Below are positions 52,387 to 64,000 of a stretch of DNA of 64,000 bases, one piece after another (position 1 is the stretch's first letter; each line of letters begins with the position of its first letter). A program made the position numbers and the translations under genes. Source of the stretch: Octopus bimaculoides (Eukaryota); contig NC_068992.1 of NCBI RefSeq assembly GCF_001194135.2, positions 47,544,224 through 47,608,223 on the forward strand, in the 5' to 3' direction. The notes below the pieces were generated by a model. It had not been told where the DNA came from, did no database searches, and saw only the letters and a list, made by a program, of their open reading frames with translations.

Positions 52387-55366
52387 TGTTTTTGAGCAAA
52401 AATGTATGTATGTATGTATGTATGCATACATATACATGAAGACTTGAAAGTCTCTCAAATTGTATTTTTACCACTACCCACCCAACCTTGCCATTCACCA
52501 TTGATAAAGTTTTTAAGCCAGTGATGTTTATTGGTAAAAATGTAAGTTCGTTCCCAAAAGAAAAATACACCAACTGCAGCTGCCAATGATGATGATGAGG
52601 CATCGGTGGCTACGATGATGATGATGATGATGATTATAAAGAAAAATCTTTATAAAATGTACAAGATCATTTAGAAGAGTTCAATATCTAAAAATAAAAT
52701 AAGATGACCCAGGAATTGTGAAATGGCAGATGACCAGATAATGGTTAAAAGAACAAGTAGCATGGTCTATGAATTTATTAGATTTACTTTAATGGTGGTT
52801 TTGAGCCAGAGCAGAAAATAGCGCTTCAAGGATTTTTGGTAAATGTATATTGACCACCACAAAGAAAATATAATGAAAGTCTTAACTGGCCAAGTGGTCA
52901 TTGTGCCAGATTATTTGCACGGGTCAGCAGTTCATAACCAATCATCCAAGGCTGCCCAGTGGTTAAAGATGGTCTGGCCACTTGAACACACAATTAGGCC
53001 AGTAAACAGTAAACAAGTTCTTTGTATATGTAGTTGTTTAACCCTCAAGTCAGAACTGTTTTCAAGTAGAATCTATTATCATATGTATCCAACCATGGCC
53101 TTCACATTTATTTATTTATATATTTATTTAATTATTCTTTATATATCTAGGGATTTACAAAGCAGACTTCAATTCTTTGTAAGAGATAAAACTGAATTAT
53201 CTTTTGTCTCATATTAGAAAATAGCTTAAATCCTTCTACTTATGTACATCTCAGCTGGTCAGCTCCTGTCAAACCATCCAACCCATGCCATCATGGAGAA
53301 TGGACATTAAACAATGATGATGATGATTATTTAATGGCCACATTTCTGGCATGCATGGCTCAGATGAAATTTGTTGAGGCAGATTTTCTATGGCCAGATT
53401 CCCTTTTTGTCTCCATCCCTTATCTCTTTCCAAGCAAGTGATATTCCCACATAGCTAGACATGTATTTCACAGAAGACTGGAAATGAACAGCCTTGCTTG
53501 TATGACAACAAATCCCATTTACAACTCTCAGGTCATGTCAAGACAAGGGTATATATATACACACACACTCTCTGTCTCTCTCTCTTTATCTCTGTCTCTC
53601 TCTCACACATTCACACTAAGGGATTCACTCAGTTTCTGTCCACCTAATCCACTCAAAAGCATTAATCGGTCCAGTGCTACAGAAGATACTTGCATATAGA
53701 ACCATATAATGAAATTGAACCCAAGACCACACAGTCAGGAAGTAAGCTTCTTAACCACACACACACACACGCACCCTCACACACAGATATACATGTATTT
53801 GCCAATTGCAATCCAACTTTAAATTGCGCAACCACCAGTATTTAGATCTCGCTTCCTATTTCTGTTTGTATCCTTTGTTACGAATTTGAAGTTTGAGTGT
53901 TACACAGAATAAATGTACAAAACAACACAAAACAAAACATGAGAGGTTGTTTATAAAATACAAGAATACCTGAACCATCAATAATGATGCAGATATTATT
54001 GAAAAATGTACATGATGAAAGGTGCTAATGAGTGTGAAGATGTAAATAAAAATGTCAAAATAACCACAAAAAAAAATATTTATCACTCCCCAAATAGTTA
54101 TACAGGTTTGATTACTTTTAATATGTATAATGGTGTAATCAATGATTCATTTATTATCCTACATTATATTATTTTCTACAATAAATGTTCTACCTAAACT
54201 TACAAATGTCATATGTGTATGTGTATTCAAAACTACCAAATTATATGCATATTAACACATGGGTACATAACCTTACAAACAGGTTACATACATTTTCTAA
54301 TGGTTTTCAAGGGAGACAGGTTTAGTTTATGCAAAGGCAGCACATTTACAACAGATTTGAGACATTCTGTGCAAAAGCTACAAATGTACATTATAACCAT
54401 TACTATTCATATTCACTACAAAAGTTCCAGAAGAACAATATTTCTTGTATAGACATAAAGAGGCACCAATACACCTTAACCTTCTGAATATTGAATCTGT
54501 AATTTCAAATTATTATATTTTTTTGTTCTGCTCAAAGCAAGAATTACATGCATGCAGTATACTAAGTAAATAGGCTAAAGTTGAATACATGATACCTCTC
54601 AGTAAATTGAATATAAAGGATAATAGTGGAATACAGTAGAATATATGAAGTAGAATAATTAATAGCAGAATAAGTGAAAATACAAATACATAGAGTGTAT
54701 TAAATATATATTGATGAAGCATAGCATAATATATATTATATTGATTAGATTTATCAATGAGGAAAAGGAGAAAATTAATTTGATCATCAGAATTTATGAA
54801 CATAAAAACATTAGTTGAGCATTATGAGACAAAGAAGATGGTAGAATGAACTTTCGAGTACAAAAATATAAACAGAACTAATCCAGCCAGTGTCAAAAAT
54901 TTAGAGCTCGTGTCAAATGATTTAGAAAGTAAATCATATAAAGCAGAACATATTCAATAGCTCCAAATGGTTAAGTGTTACTCACAAGGAAAAGTATATG
55001 TGTACATAGCATAGAATATATATTGATTTGGTTTACACCAATTTACAATGGTGAATTGTGTCATCCTTTCAATCCAGTAATGTTACATATAAAAGTTATA
55101 CCTCTCTGATGATTTGAAATTAAGCTTTAATTATGTAATTTGCATTATGCAACTAATCATTCCATCATGTTCAATATAATATAGTGTAACTCAATATCAT
55201 CTAAACAATCTCTCTCTCTTTCTCTCTCCCTCTCTCTCTTTCTTTCTTTCTCTCATCTATATAAGTTGAATGTGTGTTTTATGTTTAACAAAAGATAACA
55301 CTAACTTTTATTAATAGAGAGTATGTTCAGGTGACTCCTCCACTAGATATTACTGGTACATACATG

Positions 55367-55710
55367 GTTGTTGTTGTTGGCACTCTGTTGCTTACGACGT
55401 CGAAGGTTCCAGTTGGTCCAATCAACGGAACAGCCTGCTTGTGAAATTAACGTGCAAGTGGCTGAGCACTCCACAGACACGTGTACCCTTAACGTAGTTC
55501 TCGGGGATATTCGGCATGACACAGAACGTGACAAGGTTAGTGTTTTGAATACAGATATTACTCATTTCTACCAGCTCAGTGGACTGGAGAAATGTGAAAT
55601 AAAGTGAAATAAAATGTCTTGCTCAAGGATACAGCGCGTCACCGGGAATTGAACTCATAACCTTATGATCATGAGCTGAATACCCTAACCACTAAGCCAC
55701 GCACCTTCAC
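55367..55710 (-). mobile_element. SINE family C variant (same 3' module, different head and middle)
   Basis: 55375-55535 matches 36870-37030. The minus-strand head GTGAAGGTGCGTGGCTTAGTGGTTAGGG...GAGTTCAATTCCCGG is followed by TCCTTGAGCAAGACA. Confidence 0.8.
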
Positions 55711-58549
55711 AGGAACTGTATATAAGACATTAAGATATTTTGTGTGTTGTAGAAGTATAACGAATTTCTTGCAGATAAATTTTAGCAATAAAGTCTTATA
55801 TGGACCCTGGTTGAGTACCACTGATTTAGATATTCAGTTTGTTAAATCAAATTATTGGGCAAGCCATGAGTTTTCCACACATGTGAACTTAATATAATTC
55901 CAAAGCAAAAACAGTGTGACATGGCAGGGTTTTTAAATTACATGGACAGTCCATCGAATGGGATTCTACACAGTTTCCATATGCCCATTTTAACTTAGAA
56001 GGCATGGGTTGACATGAGTCTGTGATAAAGAAACTTGCTCAAAGACAAAACAGATTATTTTATAGGAAAGGAAAATATTAACTCATAAGCTGAGTCTAAA
56101 TCCTTACCGATTAGAATGTTTTTACTAGAAAAATAATGAGTAGTGATTGTGTTATTTATCCTAGTTACATGAGAGAAAGAGAAAGCCTTTCTTGCTGTCC
56201 CTATGATCTAATCAGTTATGAGGCTAACATATTTTCCCCTGTACCACACAAATGCATAGATATATGGAGTGCAATGTTGCTGGAACAACCAGAAACAAAC
56301 AGAAAAGCAAGAATCACATACTTGCACACACACACACACACACATACATACATACACACACACTTGAAGACCTGGTGGAGTTTTGGAAAATGGCAAAGAA
56401 AGGTCTGGGCGGGCCTAACAGACCTTATTATCAGAAATATGGCGTGGTTGAATTTCAAAAGAAAATCTTTGACGTTGGAACATTTCTAACAAAATAAATT
56501 ATCATTTATTTATTTATTGCTGCTGCTATTGTTGTGGAACTCCATCGCCACCCCCATCCCCCCACCCCCTCTCCCCACTTCTCTAAATTTATTTATTGAA
56601 CAAAGAAAAATTGTTAAAGGGTTTTACGTCTTTTCTTTGAAATATAAAAATAAAAAATTAATAAAAAATTTTTTTTTTTACATTGATTCTTTTCTTTTAT
56701 GTTCGCTTAAAAAAGTAGAGTTTTGATTTATGAAATGTCTGTGAAATATTCACTTAGTTACCAAACTGTTATAGGAACTGTTTGTGTGCAGATCAGACTG
56801 TGGCTATTGAGCAACAACAATAGAAAGAAGAGAAAACAACAACAACAACAACAAACAAATACGTGAGCTTTTGCGATGTAGTCACAACTGCTTGATTTGG
56901 CAGGTAAATCCCTTTCTTACCAAAATTCCCCTAAAATGTTTCAAATGTGAACTATATGAATGTGGAATATTGCTAAACATAACAGCTCTCATATTGCTAA
57001 ACAGAACAGCTTTCTCATAGCTAGCCATCTTATAAAATGAAACATAGGTCAACATATTAACAATGTGGTCTGTAAGTCATGCCAACATATGATGACAGAG
57101 TTGACAGCAATATATATGGACATATGGTGAAATGAGTGGACAGTGGGACATGTAGACCTTGATAGTAGCATCTTTTTACATAGCTTGCATGTCTTTCGCT
57201 AACTATTCATTCACATTTAGCTTTCTTTGTGACTAACAGATTTTTCAGTATGGTACTCTATCAAAGACTTTCACCAGGTCATGTGTGTATGTGACCTTAA
57301 TTTGCCCTCGCATTGATGCACGGTGTTGTTGTTGTTGTCTTTACTGGGGTTATTTAGTCAGACATTTGTTTTCCATCGCAGCACTCACATTATAGTACAT
57401 GCTCAACCACTGCGAAAAATTGTGAGATTGTAGCAAAATCCTTACAAACTTTGCAGCTTATGGAATGAATAATAAGTATGAATATATACTAATAATGATA
57501 AGTAACTTTGCATAAATTGGGTTGAATAAAGAGAAAAATGTTAAAGGCAAAAAAGCATGAAAGGTTTTAGTCATTGCTTTACATCTTTACCACACTTGAA
57601 CGGATATAGGATCTTGCTGTGCTTTAATCCTTGGGAAAATTTTATTGAATTTGAACCTGAGAATGCTCCTTTGGCATTCCTGAGTCGTTTGCTACCAAAA
57701 AAAAAAAATCTACATGGACAAATTGTTTTCAATAGTAATGCCAGAAGCTATCACAATTATGCCAGAACATAGTTCATTAATCAGTTTTCTATTGAAAAAT
57801 AGGGCTTTGTGCAAAGAAATGGTATCACAATACTTCAAAGACATTATTTATGTAATACTGAAGACGTTCACATTGGCAGTTTAGTTGTGGCACAAAGGCC
57901 ATTATTGACAGAAAATGTGCCAATAATTGTTCCAAAAAGCATGCTTTTTGGTCATTTTCCATTGAAAAATACGGTTTTGTGCATCACAAATGCACTCATA
58001 ACAATCCTTGTACATTGTTGCATTTTTTGACACTAAAAACATTAAAATTGGCAACGAAGATTAGAAGTAAATCTAAATATTGTCCCAAAATGACCTCAAA
58101 ATTGTGTGACTCTACCTCATTTTTGAGGTTATTTTTGTAGTAAAAATGAATTGTTGTGCAAAAATATACTTCATTTGGTAGTTGAAAGATTATTGAATCT
58201 TTTGATACCTCATTTGTTAAAATCGGCAACTCAGTTTCTCAATCCCTAGGGAACACACACACACACAAACTCTATTTTATGTATATAGATAGATATATTC
58301 ACACTACATACACTTCTATATAAAATGTTATTTGTGTATTTATCCTTAACACATTTAAGCATTTCAGATGCAAAATATGTTGGGTGCTATAGTGTGTGTG
58401 TTAGAAGAATAACTTCTCCCTTAACCTACTCTGTTGTAGTAAAAAGGAGAACATATTCCCTTAAGACAAACACTATAGCACCCAACACATTCAGTGTCTG
58501 AAGCTGCATGGATGTGTTAAGAATAGATATGCAAATATTCTTTCATCTC

Positions 58550-58920
58550 TATATACATACACATACATGCATATACATACATACATACATACACATATAT
58601 AAGCACACTACACACACACATACAGACATGCACATATATATATATGCACACACATACACATACATACATGCATACATACGTACACACACACATATATATA
58701 TGCATACACACACACATATATATATATATACATACATACATACATATATATATATGCACAAACATATATATATATGCACAAACATATATATATATGCATA
58801 CATACTTATACACACATATATATATACATGCACACAAACATACATATATATATTTATATATGTAAAGATATATTATTTACTCAGAGCTATATACAAACAC
58901 ATACACTCACATGCAAGAGT
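58550..58920. repeat. Degenerate (CA)n/(CATA)n/(TA)n field
   Basis: Direct. Confidence 0.9.
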
Positions 58921-60486
58921 GTATATATGTGAAAATATGTGCGTGATGTGTGTCTAATCCAAAGTCTCAGTAGATGTTTGTTCTTCTATCATATAATCTA
59001 CAAGATCATCTTTCCACAACAGTTTGGGACGAGGAATGGTGTCTGATGTGAAGAATCTAGCACAATTCTGATAACGGTTCTTTCACATAGAACCACACCA
59101 AGACACATCAACACTGTTGTTGTGGTTGCTGCTTCCTCCCAAGAATAAGAAAGAAAACAAAAGGTGATTTCCTGTCACTCTTATAACAACAACAACAATA
59201 ATAATAATAATAATAATAATGATAATAATAATCATTTGCAATAAGAACTAAGCAAATATTTAAATGTGATCATTAGACACAAAGGCACCTCTGCAATTAG
59301 ATGTCTGATAGAACATCACAACAATAACACCACCCCCAGCATCCCCACTACCTTACCAACAACAACATTGCCAACAACTACCAAGATCACTATCATCATC
59401 AGCATCATCACTATCTCAGCAATCGTCAACAATACTAACACTAATACCCTCACCACCACCATCAATAACAACCACACTGGCACCAACACTACCTCCAGCT
59501 CTAATCAAAACTACACCACCACTGCCATCAACAACACCNNNNNNNNNNNNNNNNNNNNNNNNNNNNNNNNNNNNNNNNNNNNNNNNNNNNNNNNNNNNNN
59601 NNNNNNNNNNNNNNNNNNNNNNNNNNNNNNNNNNNNNNNNNNNNNNNNNNNNNNNNNNNNNNNNNNNNNNNNNNNNNNNNNNNNNNNNNNNNNNNNNNNN
59701 NNNNNNNNNNNNNNNNNNNNNNNNNACACTACCTCCAGCTCTAATCAAAACTACACCACCACTGCCATCAACAACACCTATACCCTATCAATTTGCTAAA
59801 AATAACATACTGTCGTCTTTGAAAAAAATAAAGGAGAGGATTTAGTGGAGTGGAAAATACAATCCATAATATACAAAAAAGTAGAGTTGGTCATGGGTAA
59901 AATGGCTCTAATTATAATCCTGCTGGACTGGACCTGACCTGGGGCAAAACAACAACAACAACAGTAACTACATCACACATGATCCTTAATAATTTATTTT
60001 GACCTGAATTGAGTAAATTGACTCCCAGTGTATATTACTGGTACTTACATTAAGAGCCCCTGAGGAATAAAAGTAAAAGTTGACTCCAACAGGATTTGAA
60101 CTCTAAAACATGAAAATTAAATACGGTTAAATGAATTTAACGAAGCTCTCAGTCATTTTAATTTATCAGTTCCATTGTATATTCTTCTTGTTAAATCTTA
60201 GGTCAGCTCTAATACAATAAAGCTGAGATCTGAGTTATTCCAACCATGACCATCTTGCCTTTTCTCAAGAATATTTCATTCTGTACACTATAGACATCAA
60301 AAGCTATTGTCATCTCACTTTTGTGAGATTTTGGACAAGTAATCTGCAAAGAACCGTTTTGTAGCAGACTTAATTCATTTTCACCTGAGTGACATAAAAT
60401 ACAGTTCCTCACCCTCACAGTTCAGCAATCAGACTCATGCCATTACAATTGTGCATCCAAAAGTGTTACTGGTAAAACAAGTATAC

Positions 60487-60882
60487 TCTTTTACTTGTTT
60501 CAGTCATTTGACTGTGGCCATGCTGGAGCACTCGAGCAAATCGACCTCAGTACTTATTCTTTGTAAGCCTAGTATTTATTCTATCGGTCTCTTTTGCCGA
60601 ACCACTAGGTTATGGGGACGTAAACACACCACCATCGGTTGTCAAGCGATGTTGGGGGACAAACACAGACACACAAACATATACACACACATACATATAT
60701 ATGTATGTATACATATATACGACGGGCTTCTTTCAGTTTCCATCTACCAAATCCATTCACAAGGCTTTGGTTGGCCCAAGGCTATAGTAGAAGACACTTG
60801 CCCAAGGTGCCACGCAGTGGGAATGAACCCGGAACCATGTGGTTGATAAGCAAGCTACTTACCACACAGCCACTCCTGCACC
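60487..60882 (-). mobile_element. tRNA-derived SINE family A (full length)
   Basis: Near-identical to 16967-17455, with a compact internal (CA)/(TA) tract. Confidence 0.85.
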
Positions 60883-61021
60883 TATATTCACCATTATCAG
60901 GGGTGTCTAAGACAATACATCACAAAGTATTTCTCCAACAATATAATATATACCTAATAACAATAATAACAACGGTTTCAAATTTTAGCACAAGGCCAGC
61001 AATTGTAGTGAGGTGTAAAAA

Positions 61022-61538
61022 AAGTGGTACGAACATAAAACCGAAGTCATTATCGAAAATGATAATGCAATGATCCTATGGGATTTTAGATTCAGTGCGA
61101 CCATGAGATAGAGAACAGAAAGCCAGACAAATTGTTAATTGAGAAAGAAAGCAAACGATACTGGATCATAGATATAGCATGCCTAGCTGACAACAAGGTA
61201 TGCGATAAGGAAGAAAGGAAAGTCGATAGATAAGATAGGTTAGCTTGGGAGGTTAAGTAGTTGTGGTCGCTGAAAAAGGTAGTAGAAGTACCAATAATTG
61301 TCAGAGCCCAGGGAACAGTGAGCAAAAATCTTGAGAAGTACATGAAACAAATAGGGGCTACAATAAGGGTGGAGTATTTGTCGAAAACAGCACTGCTTGG
61401 AAGCGCTCGAATACTCCAGATGGTGCTCGAAAAATAAGGGGTGTTACCTAAGTTCACTGGTAGTGAACAGCTGGCACTGTCATACATCTCAAGTGATAGA
61501 AGCTGTGCAAAGACAATAATAATAATAATAATAATAAT
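61022..61538 (+). mobile_element. 5'-truncated R4/Dong-like non-LTR retrotransposon (restriction-like endonuclease domain + 3' UTR) ending in (AAT)n
   Basis: KWYEHKTEVIIENDNAMILWDF..QCDHEIENRKPD..IEKESKRYWIIDIAC..DNKVCDKEERKV..LW..VPIIV..GTV..TALLGSARIL..VL; stop at 61435; (AAT)8 at 61515-61538. Confidence 0.85.
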
Positions 61539-62756
61539 GAATTCTTAAATAGCTATGAAGCTACAAATTTGGTTGAAAGGAGCAATAACTGATTGTCACA
61601 GTATCTGACTAGTACTATATTTTATTGATCCCAAAGGATGGAAAGCTAATCTGACTTCAGCAGTATTGTAAAGAGCTGGAAGAAATGTTGCAAATGGTTT
61701 TTTTCTTAAACTCTAATGATTCTTCTAGCTTGCTGTCTTAAACATTTTTGTATTAAGGAAAAATGCCAACAATTTTGATGGAGAAAAATTAATCAATGCC
61801 ATTAACCCCCCTACTTGATTGGCACTTTAATTTATCACCCCTGGAGGAATGGAAGGCAAAAATTTGACCTCAACAGTATTTGAATTCAGTATATAAAGAG
61901 CCAAAAGTAGAGTTGCAAAGCATTTTGTACAATACAGAAGCCAATTCCTTGATCTTAATATTGATAATGATAATGATAATGATAGTGATGATGATCTGTT
62001 TTTGTTTACCTCTGAGGTGCCAGATAAAGGGGTTTATTACAAAGACTAGTTTTGATGTCTGGGGTTTACATAAAATCAGGTTTTGAAGGAAAAATAAGGA
62101 AAACAGTGAAGGAGAAATGAAATGAAAAGCATACACATGATATACGAAATACGTGAATTCATTGATAATATGGTCCACCAAGTACAGGAAAGACTTCAGC
62201 TAGAGCCAATCACAGAATCACAGAGATTCAAGACCCCTCTGACCAACAAGGGCATGTGCCCTCCCCTCAATTGATGTTCTCCATTGCAGAGGTGCATGTT
62301 TAGAGTAATTTCATTCGCTAAACATTTTCACCAAAATCATCCACCTTTACCATCAAATAGGACAAAAATCAGCTTTGAAAATGTTGCTAGCATATTAACG
62401 ATTGACATTGCAATGTTGTTTGGTTATATTGTGCAGAAGTGAGCAGATGCAAATTTGAAGAATTAAACCTAATTGGAGGATTCAAAATATTATGACAGCT
62501 AAAGAATAATGTTTGTTATGCAATTTGTGACTGGTAAAACTGGAATAATATAGTATCATTTTTGTAAAGGAAATTCATGGTTACCCGTATAAATAGAGGC
62601 AGGGATGTTCCAGAAAAATAGAAATACTGGGATTGTAAAATACTGCTCAGACATCTGTTAAGCTAAGATATTTCTATGAATATCTTCCAAACATTTACAT
62701 AATTCTTTTTAATTTTTTATGTATTTTTCAAACCATAGATAATAATGATGATGATT

Positions 62757-63195
62757 TTAGCACAATACCAGCAATTTTAGAAAGATGGGCTTAGTCAACT
62801 AGAGTGACCCCAGTGCTTAACTGGTACTTAACTGATTGGCCCTGAAAGAATGAAAGACAAAGTTGACCCAAGTTAAATCTGAACTCATAACATAAAGAGC
62901 TGGAAGAAATGTGCTGAGCATCTTGTCCATTGCTCTAACAAATCTTTCCGTTTGCTGCCTGAACAATAATAATAATCCTTTCTTCTACAGGCATAAGGTG
63001 TAAAATTTTGGAATAAGGGGTTAGTCAACTACATGGACCCCAGTACTTGACTGGTAATTTATTCTATCACCCCTGAAAAGAGGAAAGGCAAAATTGACCT
63101 CAGTGGTATTTGTACTCAGAACTTAAAGAACTGGAAGAAATACCACTGATCATTTTTGTCCAATGTTCTAGCAATTCCACTTGCTCACTGCCTTA
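62757..63195 (-). mobile_element. Tandem pair of SINE family B copies
   Basis: Reverse-complement motifs (CTGGTACTT...GAAAGGCAAA.TTGACC...GAACTCA.AA) at about 62757-62962 and 62977-63195, separated by (AAT)n. Further copies at 60000-60110, 61590-61740 and 61800-61930. Confidence 0.75.
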
Positions 63196-63244
63196 ATAAT
63201 AATAATAATAATTATTATTATTATTATTGTTATTATTATTATGA

Positions 63245-64000
63245 AGATGATTTCTTTTATTGGTCACAAAGGCCTAAGACGAGATATAACATACAAACTG
63301 GTAGGATTTATATTGATGAAAGGGAGACACTGCAACAATGAGTTTCTCCCAAAAGATGTAAAATAAAAACAGAATTTATAAAAAAAAAATTAATAAATAG
63401 TATTCCCAAAAGTGGGATTGTCTATCTAGGGTAATTCAAGGAAAACCCTCACACAAAAAGTCTTGGAATACTCTGCCAGCTCCAAGACATAAGAAGTGCC
63501 ATCTTCCAGTTTTTTTTCTCCTATTTAGAAAAGCATACTCAGTGTAGGTCCATTCAGCCTCCCCAGTCTTGCCACTCTCAGCCACCTTCCAATAAAACGC
63601 TAGAAAGCAGCACCTTCTCCCTCTACGCTCACATTCCTCTTCAAATGAAAAAAACTGGTGGGTTTATCGCAACACCTCTTTTGCTATAACCAATAAAGAG
63701 AGAAAGATCTGCTTTCTTTCTCTGCTAAAGGGAGGTGGTACATTGATCTTCACTAAAAACATGGCAGACATCCAAATCCATCTTACATGAGACAATAGCT
63801 GCTCAATACAAGCCCACAAGTTGCTAATACTGAATGTTTGGGTGCACGATGATGATTTCTTCCAACTATATATATCTTGGATAGGTTTGGATGTTCGTGC
63901 TTCCATGTCTGAAGAGCTCGTCTCAAATAGATAGCAACCCCTGTAGACTTAAATGCCAAGGTCTTTTAGAAGTAATCCATAGTCTTCAAGCTATTGATGC
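63245..64000 (-). mobile_element. Decayed Tx1/L1-clade LINE 3' end (zf-RVT-like region, C-terminus, 3' UTR with AATAAA); continues beyond the window
   Basis: PWHLSLQGLLSI*DELFRHGS..TYPRYI*LEEIIIVH (WxxxxGxLPxxDxLxRxG..CPRC..ETxxH), then NLWACIEQLLS...FLSLLVIAKEV. AATAAA at 63261-63256 is followed by a (TAA)n tract. Confidence 0.7.

Noticed and set aside
52843-53217. 124-aa track ORF
   Set aside because: No recognisable motif or splice structure, and a low-complexity end; consistent with chance.
56360-56497. Protein-like frame DLVEFWKMAKKGLGGPNRPYYQKYGVVEFQKKIFDVGTFLTK*
   Set aside because: Preceded by (CA)n with no polypyrimidine acceptor; no family recognised.
58955-59090. Minus-strand KNRYQN...PRPKLLWKDDL frame (PTP-like or RTE-like words)
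   Set aside because: In-frame stop immediately upstream, and the motif matches are too short to distinguish from chance.
59266-59799. Thr/Asn-rich mucin-like ORF
   Set aside because: Degenerate (CAN)n simple sequence without convincing splice sites. The ~53-bp block repeated on both sides of the gap (59486-59538, 59726-59778) is probably contig overlap.

Overview
AT-rich eukaryotic (animal) genomic DNA from a gapped short-read assembly. There are 18 N-runs totalling about 7 kb, most flanked by (TA)n or other simple repeats. The microsatellite load and the SINE/LINE families look like those of octopus genomes (inference from recall, not verified). Nearly all ORFs in the supplied track are microsatellite or N-run artefacts. 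Supportable content: (i) a promoter-like patch at 640-715 with a palindromic CCAAT pair and a perfect two-half-site p53-family element, followed by four phase-compatible candidate + strand exons (2246-10730) encoding an unidentified 116-aa N-terminus; (ii) two candidate - strand exons (45283-45321, 34247-34353) giving a GPI-anchor-like C-terminus; (iii) decayed retroelements of the RTE, Penelope (RT thumb + GIY-YIG, with an inverted 5' segment), R4/Dong-like and Tx1/L1-like groups; (iv) three tRNA-headed SINE families present in several copies; (v) two minimal hammerhead-ribozyme-like motifs whose stem I sequences differ but both pair; (vi) a GC hairpin-CTAG terminus next to an inverted (CCCTAA)n/(TTAGGG)n cassette; and (vii) cryptic minisatellites. 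No rRNA, true tRNA gene or CRISPR array was found. All homology calls are motif recognition by eye; no searches were run.
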